The notes: generated by a model from the sequence alone, not told the origin. DNA of 64,000 nucleotides from Candidatus Poribacteria bacterium (GCA_965215015.1 OZ244042.1:5408001-5472000); one strand, 5' to 3'. Shown: positions 28,956 through 39,999, counted from the stretch's first letter. Made by a program: numbers and translations.

Positions 28956-29705
28956 AAGCCCCTTTTTTACGAAGTCAAAGGTACCAGAAACCGAGTTTGG
29001 CTCATGTTAAGCAATGGTGCATCGAAAACCGAGTTTTGAAGAAAAAACTCGGTTTCTCTTCAGGCGTGCCACTCTCTTTTTCTATTAACCCCGTCGGTCA
29101 GGCTTTCTCGCCCAGCTGCACCGATGAACCAATTATTTTCACGTTTCAGATTATCATCTATCAGGAGGAGGCCCCCCAATGGAACTGACTTCGACTTTGA
29201 CGCTGCGGATTACGGTCCTCACCGTTTCCAAAGTGCTCACATGTTTTATTGGCTCTGCGGGAAAAAGGATGAATTTCGCTGGATTGGGGGACAGGGATGG
29301 CCCCTGCGTTACGGCAGAGGGGCTAACTACAAGCCTTACGGCGCACCATCTGGGCCGCCGGGGGATTGGTAAAAATCGATGGTGTGCAAATAGTAGTAGG
29401 CATACGCTGTATGCCTACTCCCCTCTCGAATCCCCACTTGCGGGGACGAAGGGGGGTGACGGCACGCGGAGCGCGCCTACTACTGTAATTCCTCCTGTTC
29501 GTAGTAGCGCAATTGATTGCGCGTGACGGCACGCGGAGCGTACCTACTGCTGTCGGGTGGTTTAGCATCTATGGTGACGCGGGTTGAATGACGTTACGAC
29601 AAACTCAAGTGCGTAACTCCTATCATGAATAAATTCGCGGTAATTCGCGTGGATTGGCAGAGACTTACGGCTTATCGTTGCGCTCTGCATTCTCCTTACA
29701 TAAGC

Positions 29706-32700
29706 TTACAATTTTCTTTGGGTCTGCTGCGATAACGCTTTGAAATACTGCTGAATCAGTTCCCGATACTGCGGTGGCAAATTTTCCTGCTCCCCAGACC
29801 TGAGATTTGATTCAATTTGCTGTACGGTTTCTAGCAGCTTGGGGTCAAGCGGAGGTGCATCATATCCGGCAGCTGTTGGCGTTTTTGCGACCTGCCCCTT
29901 CCGTCTTTTGCTGACCTCTCGCTTCTGCAAGGATTTGGAGCTTTCAAGCAACCGCGTCAAGATTTCCCGCTGTTTGTTTAGCACCTGTTGATTCAAATTG
30001 CCCCTCTGAAGCTCGCCTTCCACCTCCCGCATCCCTTCAGAAACACCGCTGAGATCTCCAAGTACCTCCGACAGCCGTTCCATCATGTCTGCCACTCGTT
30101 CCGTAGCTTCCCGAATCATCTGCTGTTCATACGCCAACCGCTGGAGCAGCTGTTCATTGCTTGGCGTTCGTCCTTGTCTCCGCATCTGCTGGTTCAACTG
30201 CTGCGCCATTTCGTTCAGTTGCCCCTGACCTTGTGCTAGTTGCTCAAGCTGTTCCAGCATATTTTGCATCCCAGCTTCCCCCATCTGTTGGTTCATTTGG
30301 TTCATCGCTTCGAGCATATCTGCAACCGCCTGATTAAGGTCTGCCAACCCCTGCTTCTGAATCGGGACAGCGAGGTTTGGCTTCCGATCTTCCAACGCTC
30401 GGGCAGATCGTTCAAAGGCATCGGCCGCAGCATTAAGCCGCCAAACGGTTTTGGGATCGATTTGCATCTGATTTGTCCCTAATTCCCATAGCCGATTGGC
30501 AAGCAGGTTCAGCCCCGCAGCAAGCCCCAACTCGCTCGCTGCAAGTCCCTGCAACTGCTTGACTTCGCTCGGCAAATACCGCCCATGCCCAGACTGCAAA
30601 ATTTCGTCGGTTGCATCCATCGCCTCCTCATGGGTTCTTGAGAGATAGAGTCCACTCCGCACTGCCTCGCGTATTGCGGTCAAGGTCTCCTCTGCATTTC
30701 CACCCTCCATAAACTCCAGCGCATTGTCCAGTCCCTGATGCAGTTCGGTCAGCCCTTGTTGCGCTGCCTCCCCTGATTCTATTGCACGCTGCATCTGATT
30801 CGCTCGCATCTGTTGGGTAGCGGATTGGAGGTCTTGCCGAATCTGTACGTCTCGTGCGAATTGATTCAGCCGCTTAATCTCATCAGCAACCCGTTTGAGA
30901 TTCTCTAATTCCGACATCTCCTCTCCAAGTTCATCGAGTGCTTGGTGCAGGTCGTCCATCCCCTCCGCGATGCGTTCCTCTTGCTGGGCAACACCATTGA
31001 TACCTTGGTCCGTATCTTGTGTGTTGTTCTGCCTAGCATGTTCCGCAAGATTCCTCAACTGTTCCATTAACCGTTCTTGGCGTTCAGCGAGTTCCTTCGT
31101 CTGATTCACTGCAGCTTCTAGCTTCTGCTGAAGGATCATCTGTTTATAAAGATCCTTCAGTCGATCAAGCTGCTGCAGAAACCGTTCTTGGTTAAAGTTT
31201 GCTTCCATCAGTTTCTGTTCCTGCTCGGATAGCTCCTGCTGCTCTAACGCTTCAGCTAGCTTGCGTAGCAACTCCTTGTGTTCCTCCGAGAGTGCTTGAT
31301 CCATCAGCTCTTGCAACTCCTGAAATTTCTCAACCGTCTGTATGTCAAACAGTTGTTGCTTCTGCATCTGTTCGGCGGTTTGCTTCATCTCTTCGATCAG
31401 ATCCTTCACCGTTTTTTCAATCTCTTGCTGTTTTTTGAGAACCCGTTCCATCAGTTGCTTATCTTTCAGAGTCAGCTCTTGGCTCTTCCGTATCTTGTCT
31501 AGCAGCTCATCAACTATCGCGGTTTGCTCTGCCTGATCATCGTACAACGCCTCAAGCCCCTGCATCTCCGCTTGCTGTTCAAATTCGACTGCATCATAAA
31601 GCTCTGCAATGGTAGGGAAACGGATTGAATAGATATTGGATTTGCCGACGTTTGGTCCACTGACATTATCCGCATCAATCGCTTCGGCGTGGTAAGAGAT
31701 GATGTCCCCCGGATACAATCCGATTGGATCGATGTCCCAAGGAAATTCGATAAAGACTGGTGTATCCGTTGAACTCCACATTTTCAAAGGCACCACTACG
31801 TCATCGTCCGCCCCTTCAACCCGATAAACCAGCTGAATCTTTTGCACACCGTAGTCATCTTTCGCGTCGAGTTGCAGGGAAACGATCATCGAATCATCAA
31901 GCACAACATCCTTTCCCGGCGCAACAATCTCGATATGTGGTTCAGCGTCCTCAATCGCTTGAATCGTGTAAGCAATCGGTTGCGAGTTTGAAACATTATC
32001 GGTGTCGATAAGTTCGATATGATACTTCTCGCTACGCTGGACAATAAAATCGCCGGATAACCGGATCCCTCCTGAAACAGTAAGTTTGACTGGCTCCGAT
32101 CCTTCAAAGATCAACCGCGCTGAAGCGATTGGCTTGTTTCCCTCCCCCTCAAAATGCACCATTGTTCCAATGAGAGTCGTGACATCACCGAGATTCTCCT
32201 CGAGCACCTGCGGGGAAAGTTGAGTATATTTCGGGTAGTTGAGTTTGAGTTGGAAGCGGCTTAAAATTGGTGCGCGGGCAACAGTAATGTGGAAATGTTC
32301 CGATTGTGTCTCTTTTACTGCGATGTAGTATTCCATTGATTGCGTAATGTTTTTAAACGTAAAGCGGTAGGCGATTTCGTTCCCGTTTCTTGTCATCAAA
32401 AGATTACGCCATGCACTCGCGGATCCCATCGTTTCGCTACTATTTCCCACACGATAATAGAGATGCACGGGCGCGCCGAAGTGCCCCGTCACCTTCGCAG
32501 CGATATCGACATCCGCTCCGGATTCAATTCGCACATTTCCCGGCTGGACCTCATCAATCTGGACAACAAGAATGTCCTGCGGTGTTTTGGGCAGTTCGTC
32601 AAATGCTTGAGCAAAATCCTTCGCCGCGAACGGAAAAATAAAGAGTGTAATAAACAGCAGCACGAAGGTGAGGATGGCAAAACCACTATATCGCTTGAGC

Positions 32701-33167
32701 TTCATAAACTCTTGCGAAAATACTTTCCCACCTTCGATTTCAGCCATCAATTGATGTGTGCTTTCAATCAATTTTTCAATAAAACCCAAGGCGTATCCAA
32801 AGCGATTGCTCTCCATTTCTGGCTTGAGTTGGACAGTGCTCAAAATACGGTTTTCAAGTCCGGGATAATGGTTCTCAACATACGCCGCCACACGAGCATT
32901 TGTAAGTTTTTGGGACACAGGACGAATCAGGTAACGGTACGCTGCGTATACACCAACCCCCAACCACAGCAATACCAGGCCCATACGGAGCGCGCGCGGC
33001 AAAGGTAGGAGCTGATCCATGATAAGAGCAACGACCAGAGCGAGAGCAAGAACACCCAACCACCGGAGTAAACTGTGAAAAAAAAGCAGTAATCGCCACT
33101 GTCTTCGCAATGAGTGCAGCCGGTTGATAATCTCTTGATAGCTTTGTTCGGTATTTGATTTCGACAC
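29706..33167 (-). CDS. DUF4175-family membrane protein with a long coiled coil
   Basis: N-terminal TMs, 'A.DDYG' Ig-like domain, Q/E-rich coiled coil, C-terminal 'LPPQYRELIQQYFKAL'. Confidence 0.8.
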   Translation of the reverse strand: MSKSNTEQSYQEIINRLHSLRRQWRLLLFFHSLLRWLGVLALALVVALIMDQLLPLPRALRMGLVLLWLGVGVYAAYRYLIRPVSQKLTNARVAAYVENHYPGLENRILSTVQLKPEMESNRFGYALGFIEKLIESTHQLMAEIEGGKVFSQEFMKLKRYSGFAILTFVLLFITLFIFPFAAKDFAQAFDELPKTPQDILVVQIDEVQPGNVRIESGADVDIAAKVTGHFGAPVHLYYRVGNSSETMGSASAWRNLLMTRNGNEIAYRFTFKNITQSMEYYIAVKETQSEHFHITVARAPILSRFQLKLNYPKYTQLSPQVLEENLGDVTTLIGTMVHFEGEGNKPIASARLIFEGSEPVKLTVSGGIRLSGDFIVQRSEKYHIELIDTDNVSNSQPIAYTIQAIEDAEPHIEIVAPGKDVVLDDSMIVSLQLDAKDDYGVQKIQLVYRVEGADDDVVVPLKMWSSTDTPVFIEFPWDIDPIGLYPGDIISYHAEAIDADNVSGPNVGKSNIYSIRFPTIAELYDAVEFEQQAEMQGLEALYDDQAEQTAIVDELLDKIRKSQELTLKDKQLMERVLKKQQEIEKTVKDLIEEMKQTAEQMQKQQLFDIQTVEKFQELQELMDQALSEEHKELLRKLAEALEQQELSEQEQKLMEANFNQERFLQQLDRLKDLYKQMILQQKLEAAVNQTKELAERQERLMEQLRNLAEHARQNNTQDTDQGINGVAQQEERIAEGMDDLHQALDELGEEMSELENLKRVADEIKRLNQFARDVQIRQDLQSATQQMRANQMQRAIESGEAAQQGLTELHQGLDNALEFMEGGNAEETLTAIREAVRSGLYLSRTHEEAMDATDEILQSGHGRYLPSEVKQLQGLAASELGLAAGLNLLANRLWELGTNQMQIDPKTVWRLNAAADAFERSARALEDRKPNLAVPIQKQGLADLNQAVADMLEAMNQMNQQMGEAGMQNMLEQLEQLAQGQGQLNEMAQQLNQQMRRQGRTPSNEQLLQRLAYEQQMIREATERVADMMERLSEVLGDLSGVSEGMREVEGELQRGNLNQQVLNKQREILTRLLESSKSLQKREVSKRRKGQVAKTPTAAGYDAPPLDPKLLETVQQIESNLRSGEQENLPPQYRELIQQYFKALSQQTQRKL

Positions 33168-33292
33168 AGCGCAACCTCCATAAGTGTGATGTCAGATTTG
33201 AAAACTTGGATTATATCCAATCTATATCTCCAGCTTAAAAGATGGAGTTTTAGAGCGGAGGATTTTGATAAGTTCCTGAGCAAATCCATATC

Positions 33293-33470
33293 CCTCAACG
33301 GGCGTTGGATTTGGAAACCAAGCTCCTACACTTGCCAAGGCAATCTTGCCCGAGCGAGCACACGCATTGAATAATGAGCACCTCTCAAACAAATAACCCT
33401 GTTCGTAGTAGCGCAATTCATTGCGCGTTTGTTCCTATCCGTGACCTCTGCTAAAGCCGCGATGCAACTT
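33293..33470. repeat. ~180-bp composite REP-containing dispersed repeat (second copy at ~47551-47732)
   Basis: Closely similar blocks share 'GCATTGAATAATGAGCACCTCTCAAA.AAATAACCCTGTTCGTAGTAGCGCAATTCATTGC'. Confidence 0.85.
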
Positions 33471-33510
33471 TGGCTCATGTTAAATATGTTAAATGAGGTT
33501 CTCTTTTTAC

Positions 33511-34221
33511 TCAGTGCGTCAGCACATAAACCGCAATATTTACCGCCATCTGCGCGGCAAGCTCGCGGACCTGCTGCGTATCGTTAGGATGAACCTTCGG
33601 ATCTTCCAGTCCATCCCCAATGTCTGAGCTGTAGACGTAGTAAACGACCATTCGACCTTCATGGAATAACCCAAAGCCCTGCGCGGGTTCCCCGTCGTGT
33701 TCGTGAATCTTCGGAAGCCCTTTAGGAAAATCGTAGAAACAGTGGTAAATAAGGTGTGAGTTCGGTATAGGTTGAAGCGACTGATTGGGAAACACGCGGC
33801 GTATTTCACGACGGAAACTCTCATCTAACCCGTAATCGTCATTGACAAAAAGGAAACCGCCATGCGTTAAATAAAAGCGCAATGCCTCAACCTCCTCCTC
33901 AGCGAGGCGAATGTTGCCATGACCCACAATGTAGAGCATCGGATATTGGTACAGGTGCCGATCCGTCAACTTCACAATCACACGCTCCTCCGCTGCTTCA
34001 ATATCCGTTCTGATGCGAAGAATCTTCAGCCAGTTGGCAATGGTGGTCTGATCGCCGTACCAATCGCCGCCTCCGCCGTATTGAACCTGGGCAATCACAA
34101 ATTGCTCGCCAGCACTTTGTGCGGATCCAATCAAGAGAACTAAACTCAATAAGGCCCAAAATGTCAAACACGATGCGTGATTCATTTGATACTTAGCTGT
34201 TTTTGCTATCGTATCCTTCAA
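33511..34221 (-). CDS. DUF4159-domain exported protein
   Basis: 'YGGGGDWY', 'GGFLFVNDDYG', 'LPKIHEHDG' and 'DIGDG'. Confidence 0.88.
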   Translation of the reverse strand: MKDTIAKTAKYQMNHASCLTFWALLSLVLLIGSAQSAGEQFVIAQVQYGGGGDWYGDQTTIANWLKILRIRTDIEAAEERVIVKLTDRHLYQYPMLYIVGHGNIRLAEEEVEALRFYLTHGGFLFVNDDYGLDESFRREIRRVFPNQSLQPIPNSHLIYHCFYDFPKGLPKIHEHDGEPAQGFGLFHEGRMVVYYVYSSDIGDGLEDPKVHPNDTQQVRELAAQMAVNIAVYVLTH

Positions 34222-34222
34222 A

Positions 34223-36487
34223 CTACACCAGTCCTCTCCGCACGCGCAAAAACCATTCCGTCCCTAAGAACCCAACCGCAAGAATCAGGACAATCGGGTT
34301 ATCCCACAATTCGCGTTCTTGAACCGCAAAGACAGACTCTTGAAGCGGTTTAATCTTATCAGGTAAAGACGTTGCATCAGCAATTGGCGTATAAAGCCCC
34401 CCGGTTGTGGCTGCAAGCTGTTTAAGTAAATCTTCATTGAGTTGTGGATTCTCAAACTCCGCTACAGGAGATTCGACAAAGATTTCCGTTACATCCTCAC
34501 CAAGTGGGGCTGAGTGATCTACCCCCGAAACGCGAATTCGGTATGCCCCTTTTTGGTTTGCACGAAACTGGGCACGATAGGTGCCGGGGCTCTGTAAATT
34601 TGCACTCGTTTGAACTTGAAAACGCTTGCCATCCGGCGGTATCACTTCAATTGTAAGATTTGCGGCGACCATCGGTTGATAGCTCTCATTATAAGCATAC
34701 GTAGTGATTTGAACTTCATCGCCAACAGAATAGGTTGTCAAATCTGTTGTGACGTTGATTTGTTTGGTATCCGTTCGTGTTGCCATCCAACGAATCATCT
34801 GCCCCCAAAAGCGAGGATAGGTATCATCCTCATCTTTGAAATTCCAAACGCCAAACCTCCAATTCCATAGACCTTCGGCTGCGATTAGGAGGCTTTTCCC
34901 CAAGCCTACCCGTTGAAAGATGATAATCGGCAGCGTTCTCTGATTGTTGTCTGAACGGTACTCGGCGAGTGTTGTTGTCCCTCCCTTAAGCTCAAATCCA
35001 CTCAACCGGCGCGACAGCGGTGGCAAATCACGCCATAACCCTTCGACCTTTGCCGGCGTATCTTCCAAACGAGTGATCGGATGGTACATCCCCTGTTGCG
35101 TTAATTGAAGGCTAAAATCCTCAGCCCGTACGTAGCAACCGTTGGGAGGTATAACAATCGGCAGCAGCGCAGCAAGCTCGGTTTTCCTAAAACCATCAGG
35201 ACCAAGCGAGTTGCGTCCACCGAGAAATATGACCGCTTTCCCCTCTTTTTCCACGAAATCCACGATCGCTGTATGCTGTTGCCGAGTGAGCGTCCTTGAA
35301 CGAAGATCGCCAATGATAAGTACATCGTAAAACAGTAAGTCGTCAACTGTTTTCGGAAAACGGGAGACACGAGCTGGCTGAGTTGTCTGTGGGTAATACC
35401 GATCATAACGAGCTAACAGCGTTCCACGCAGCTGATTGGATGATCGGCTCGATAGAATGACGCAGGTCGGATCAATGTTTGGATCACGTTCAAGCGCACG
35501 TTTGAGAAAGGCATATTCCCAGCCGGGCTGCCCTTCAATATAAAGCAGGTGTAACTTCGTCTTGATTACTTTGAGTGGAAACGCTCGCGTATTGTTTTCA
35601 GCGGTCAGCTCACCCTCAAGCACGGGAACGGAAACGACGTATTGGAAGGTCCCCTCCTGTTGCGGATTCAGAGCGAACTCAATCGTTTGTTTCGGCTCAT
35701 CCGTTAGCCGAATCGGCACTGTATCCACAATCTGGTCGTTCATCATGAGTGAAACACGCGTCTGACTCCCTGAATAGCCTGTATGATGTACAGTAACGCG
35801 GATCGGCACATCGTGCTCCATGTAGGCAATAGGGCTAACTTCAACGCTGGAAAGCTTGAGATCTTTTGGCGGCTCAGGGTTTCCAATACCGACCGCGTAG
35901 ATAGGAATTTGCGTCTCAGCCACCTTTTCCACCACAGATGTTGAGGCGTTGTGTGCCCCATCGGTTAGCAGGACTACCCCCGCCAGCAATTGACCGCGCC
36001 ACTCCCTAGCAGCATCATAAATTGAGGTGGCTATATCGGTTAATCCTCCCACTGCATCGAGCGAACTAATCTCACTCGAAACTTGGTGGGGTTGTTTATC
36101 AAATCGGTACAGGTGAACATCAAATCGGTCAACGAGGGTTGGGAGAAAACGACTGGTTGGATTAAATAAGATACGGTTCACTAGGTCTAACCGTGTCGAA
36201 GGCCGCCCTGCCAGCTCAACATCTTTAAATTGCATGCTTTGGGAGGTGTCCGCAAGAACCAGCAGGTTTGTTGGCGGGGTGATATCTTTACGTTCAATCA
36301 GCACCGGCTCAAGGAGGCAAATCAGCAACACGAGTGCTGCTAAAATTCGTAAGCCGATAAGGAGTGCTCTAAACCTTTGACTCAGTGGGCGTTTCAAGCG
36401 GAGATACCCATACGCCGTAATAACAACCATGATGATTAGCCCAAGTGCAACCGCCCACCATGGCCACAGATAAGTAAATCGCATCAA
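34223..36487 (-). CDS. Membrane protein with vWA-like and GATase-like domains
   Basis: MIDAS-like 'DTSQSM' and 'LLTDG', 'EYAFLKRAL', C-terminal 'EWFLR..RGL'. Confidence 0.8.
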   Translation of the reverse strand: MMRFTYLWPWWAVALGLIIMVVITAYGYLRLKRPLSQRFRALLIGLRILAALVLLICLLEPVLIERKDITPPTNLLVLADTSQSMQFKDVELAGRPSTRLDLVNRILFNPTSRFLPTLVDRFDVHLYRFDKQPHQVSSEISSLDAVGGLTDIATSIYDAAREWRGQLLAGVVLLTDGAHNASTSVVEKVAETQIPIYAVGIGNPEPPKDLKLSSVEVSPIAYMEHDVPIRVTVHHTGYSGSQTRVSLMMNDQIVDTVPIRLTDEPKQTIEFALNPQQEGTFQYVVSVPVLEGELTAENNTRAFPLKVIKTKLHLLYIEGQPGWEYAFLKRALERDPNIDPTCVILSSRSSNQLRGTLLARYDRYYPQTTQPARVSRFPKTVDDLLFYDVLIIGDLRSRTLTRQQHTAIVDFVEKEGKAVIFLGGRNSLGPDGFRKTELAALLPIVIPPNGCYVRAEDFSLQLTQQGMYHPITRLEDTPAKVEGLWRDLPPLSRRLSGFELKGGTTTLAEYRSDNNQRTLPIIIFQRVGLGKSLLIAAEGLWNWRFGVWNFKDEDDTYPRFWGQMIRWMATRTDTKQINVTTDLTTYSVGDEVQITTYAYNESYQPMVAANLTIEVIPPDGKRFQVQTSANLQSPGTYRAQFRANQKGAYRIRVSGVDHSAPLGEDVTEIFVESPVAEFENPQLNEDLLKQLAATTGGLYTPIADATSLPDKIKPLQESVFAVQERELWDNPIVLILAVGFLGTEWFLRVRRGLV

Positions 36488-36616
36488 ATTTCCTTCTTCA
36501 GTTTCGATTTTAGAGAATTATACCTTATACCGAAAACACCGTCAACCGAAATCCCAGCACGGATTGCGGTACAACAGGTTTCAAGCCCCTCTGCTTCTAC
36601 TAGCCCCCCCAATCAT

Positions 36617-36733
36617 GGCTCATGTTAAGAAATCATGCAACAGAAACCGATTGGGTTCATTAATGAACCAATGAACAGATAGTTTTCACGTTTCACGATT
36701 CTTGGCGTTTTACACTTTCTTTTGACATGATCC
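36617..36733. repeat. MITE-like element with GGCTCATGTTAAG...TTGACATGATCC ends
   Basis: Imperfect terminal inverted repeats; related ends at about 28393, 28999, 33471, 58022 and 61539-61748. Confidence 0.65.
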
Positions 36734-36745
36734 TCTTTTTTAGGG

Positions 36746-36774
36746 TTGACAAGGAAATCCATCTTCTGTAGAAT
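36746..36774 (+). promoter_or_regulatory. Sigma70-type promoter
   Basis: TTGACA-17 bp-TAGAAT. Confidence 0.8.
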
Positions 36775-36790
36775 TAGCGTTATTTCACTC

Positions 36791-36937
36791 AGTCAATGGC
36801 ATGTGCACTCACTACTTTAACGTAAGAGCATTTAGTTCTCCTGTAGGTTGAAAACTCCTCCGATCGGAGTCCACGAGAATCGGAACGGAGAGGGATTTCC
36901 GTATTCCGGCACCTCACTTTAAGTCAAACCATTGACT
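36791..36937 (+). ncRNA. Candidate structured ncRNA or 5' leader
   Basis: Closing helix AGTCAATGG/CCATTGACT; internal stems TTCTC/GAGAA, ACTCC/GGAGT and CGGAA/TTCCG; lies just after a consensus promoter. Confidence 0.6.
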
Positions 36938-36957
36938 CGAAGCACACGAGTAAGGGG

Positions 36958-37491
36958 GTGGAGCCAATTCAATCGTCACCCATATTAGATAGAATTTACG
37001 CGATAACGTTGAGTTTCAGAGGGGAAATGATTCCAGCGGAAATTGTTCTGAGCCCCGAAACACATCAAAAGATTGTGGCAGAATCTAACTTCCAGCAGGG
37101 GCTTGGGTCAAAAAAAGATCCGGTGTCTGTGCTTAAAGGTGCTTTCTCAATTCCAATCACAATTCGAGAAGAGGACACGGACATTATCGTTGTAAAAGGA
37201 CTATATCCAAACCCTTGCCCGGTTTGTGGACGTCGTATTCCCTTCCTGCGAGAGATGATTGAACGTATTGAATCCCGTTCCCTTAGACGCATCCGCTGCC
37301 CACTGGGACATCGCTACGAAGGGGAAATTAAAGTATACTACCTGAACATCTTTCAGGAAAATCAGTTGGAAGCCAAAACAATTCAAACATGCCCACAATG
37401 CGGGAGCGAGAATGTGCAGAATCTAAGCCAAACCGATATCTTCTGCCTCGATTGTGAGTGGGATAACCTGAAGCATATTCACGACGCTTAG
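36958..37491 (+). CDS. Hypothetical protein with two Zn-ribbon motifs
   Basis: CPVC...CPLGH and CPQC...CLDC. Confidence 0.75.
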   Translation: MEPIQSSPILDRIYAITLSFRGEMIPAEIVLSPETHQKIVAESNFQQGLGSKKDPVSVLKGAFSIPITIREEDTDIIVVKGLYPNPCPVCGRRIPFLREMIERIESRSLRRIRCPLGHRYEGEIKVYYLNIFQENQLEAKTIQTCPQCGSENVQNLSQTDIFCLDCEWDNLKHIHDA

Positions 37492-37548
37492 GGCGGACAT
37501 TAATGAGAGAAGGCGACGGGAAAGCAGGATGCTCTCCCATATAAAAAT

Positions 37549-37589
37549 AAAAAAAGCCATGCTGCCGTTATATGACAGCATGGCTTTTT
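37549..37589. terminator. Bidirectional terminator
   Basis: AAAAAAGCCATGCTG...CAGCATGGCTTTTT between convergent genes. Confidence 0.85.
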
Positions 37590-37642
37590 CGCGCCCCGAT
37601 AGCGGACTCAGGGAACAGGATAGGGCTATTACCTTGTGAGGA

Positions 37643-39280
37643 TTAATGGTGGTGACCATGGTGATGACCATGCTGATGCCCATGGTCTTCGGGTTCTTCC
37701 TCTACCTCTGTGATTAATGTCTCGGTTGTCAACAGCAATCCTGCGACACTCGCCCCATTTTGAATGGCGGATCGCACGACCTTCGTTGGATCAACAATCC
37801 CTGCCTCAAGCAAATCTCCATACTCTCCGGTTGCAGCGTTCAAACCGTAGCTTCCCTCACCATCTTTGACTTTCGCAGCGACGACGGACCCTTCCAATCC
37901 AGCGTTTTCAGCAATGATTCGGATGGGAGATTCCAGAACTCTTCGGACAATGTTCACACCGGTCCCTTGATCGCCTTCAAGATGAAAACGCTCAAGTGCG
38001 GAATCTGCTCTTAGCAGTGCAATGCCCCCACCAGTGACAATTCCCTCTTCAACGGCTGCGCGAGTTGCGGACAAGGCATCTTCAAATCGTGCCTTTTTCT
38101 CCTTCATCTCCACTTCCGTTGCGGCACCAACATTGACAACAGCAACGCCACCGGCGAGTTTGGCAAGGCGCTCCTCCAACTTTTCCCGATCATAATCGGA
38201 GGTCGTCTCCTCAATCTGTTGCCGAATCTGTCCAATCCGTGCCTGAACATCCTCCGTAGTCCCGGCTCCTCCAACAATCGTTGTGTTATCTTTATCGACA
38301 ATAACACGCCTCGCACTTCCCAACATACCGACCACAACATTCTCCAAACGGATACCAATATCCTCTGAAATCACCTGACCATCGGTGAGGATACCAATAT
38401 CTGCCAACATCTCCTTGCGACGGTCTCCAAAACCGGGGGCTTTCACTGCAACAGCCCTAAGCCCACCGCGCAGTTTGTTCACCACCAATACCGCTAAAGC
38501 CTCTCCTTCAATGTCTTCAGCAATAATCACCAGCGGACGCCCCAGTTGACCGACCTTTTCTAAAACTGGAACCAAATCGTTAACTGCGCTGATTTTGTCG
38601 GTGTTAATCAGGATAAGCGGATCCTCCAACTCTGCAACCATAGTCTCGGAGTCTGTCACAAAGTGGGCGGAGAGATAGCCGCGATCAAATTGCATGCCTT
38701 CAACGATATCGACCTCTGTTTGAGCACCCTTGCCATCTTCAATCGTAATTACGCCATCTTTCCCAACTTTTTCCATCGCATCGGCAACGGTCTGGCCAAT
38801 GTCGCTACGATTAGCGTTATCATTGGCGGCAATTGATGCGACCTGTGCAATCTCATCGCTCGTGCTGACCGAATTGCTCTGTTTTCGGAGTTCACCCACA
38901 ACGACTCCCGCCGCTTTATCAATCCCAATTTTCAGCTGCATCGGATCGGCACCCGCAGCAACGTTTTTGAGCCCCTCGTTAACGATTTGTTGTGCTAACA
39001 GAGTCGCTGTAGTAGTACCATCTCCAACAGCGTCATTGGTCTTAGTAGCGACAGATTTCAATAGTTGGGCGCCCATATTCTCATAATGATCTGGGAGATC
39101 AATTTCCTTGGCTACCGTAACGCCGTCACTTGTAATGACAGGTGCTCCAAAGGATTTCTGGAGAACGACATTTCTCCCCCGAGGTCCCAACGTGACTTTC
39201 ACAGCGTTTGCCAGCGCATCTGCCCCTTGCTTAAGGGCATTCCTCGCCTCTACATCAAAAATCAGCTGCTTTGCTGCCAT
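37643..39280 (-). CDS. groL: Chaperonin GroEL with a His-rich C-terminal tail
   Basis: '[12 protein letters not shown]', 'GDGTTTAT' and 'GMQFDRGY'; ends [15 protein letters not shown]. Confidence 0.98.
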   Translation of the reverse strand: MAAKQLIFDVEARNALKQGADALANAVKVTLGPRGRNVVLQKSFGAPVITSDGVTVAKEIDLPDHYENMGAQLLKSVATKTNDAVGDGTTTATLLAQQIVNEGLKNVAAGADPMQLKIGIDKAAGVVVGELRKQSNSVSTSDEIAQVASIAANDNANRSDIGQTVADAMEKVGKDGVITIEDGKGAQTEVDIVEGMQFDRGYLSAHFVTDSETMVAELEDPLILINTDKISAVNDLVPVLEKVGQLGRPLVIIAEDIEGEALAVLVVNKLRGGLRAVAVKAPGFGDRRKEMLADIGILTDGQVISEDIGIRLENVVVGMLGSARRVIVDKDNTTIVGGAGTTEDVQARIGQIRQQIEETTSDYDREKLEERLAKLAGGVAVVNVGAATEVEMKEKKARFEDALSATRAAVEEGIVTGGGIALLRADSALERFHLEGDQGTGVNIVRRVLESPIRIIAENAGLEGSVVAAKVKDGEGSYGLNAATGEYGDLLEAGIVDPTKVVRSAIQNGASVAGLLLTTETLITEVEEEPEDHGHQHGHHHGHHH

Positions 39281-39456
39281 AATGCTCCTCCTTAGTATAC
39301 TTTAACTAATCTTAAAAAATAAACGTGTGTTTCTCCGAATCTTGAAACCGGATTTACGCAGTTCATTAGCAAAGCTCAATGGTAGAAAGGCTATCTCCTC
39401 CGTAAATCCTATCAAAGACAGGCCTATAATATAACAATTTCAAAAATCAAGCCTTT

Positions 39457-39483
39457 TTAGCACTCTCACACGGTGAGTGCTAA
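39457..39483. promoter_or_regulatory. CIRCE (HrcA operator)
   Basis: Exact TTAGCACTC-N9-GAGTGCTAA upstream of groEL. Confidence 0.97.
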
Positions 39484-39494
39484 AAACAGGCGAA

Positions 39495-39523
39495 ATTATA
39501 TCATTACTGTTTCCCAAAGTCAA
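39495..39523 (-). promoter_or_regulatory. Sigma70-type promoter of groEL
   Basis: Minus strand TTGACT-17 bp-TATAAT directly upstream of CIRCE. Confidence 0.85.
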
Positions 39524-39999
39524 CCTGAATCTCAACCAGATTCAGGTTTATCCCTTGCCCGGACCGGCAATCAGTGATAAAATGATTTTGTTGAATTGCA
39601 CATCACGGTGCACGACGCCTCACGAATGCCATAAATTGGGCAATTTTGCACTGACACTGTGGCAAAAAATCTACAACGTAAGTCGAAAGTCGTCTAATGT
39701 TACCTCAATAGGAACCGATGCAAATCAGTCCGACAATTGGCGAAATTGAGGATATTCGCTAAATTTTGGAGTCACCGAGAAGGCTCAATACCCCTAGCGA
39801 TTTATCCCGCTGATCGATGGTACAATTCTTGCTAGAATAATCGTGATATGCCTCATATCTAGTTTGATACAAATAGCAAATGATTACTTCAGATGGATAA
39901 CGGCCCGCACCGTCATAGTATTTCAACCGTTTCGTATCGTCGGATAATCTCATAATATGCCCCTCCGCGAGCGGGTAGACATTGAAAGGAGTATGAAAA

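Noticed and set aside
29100-29570. Short ORFs after rnpB
   Set aside because: They overlap REP palindromes and match no family I can recognise; at most an unidentifiable gene remnant.
39372-39390. tRNA-like AGCTCAATGGTAGA
   Set aside because: It resembles a D-arm, but there is no acceptor stem, anticodon arm or TTC T-arm.
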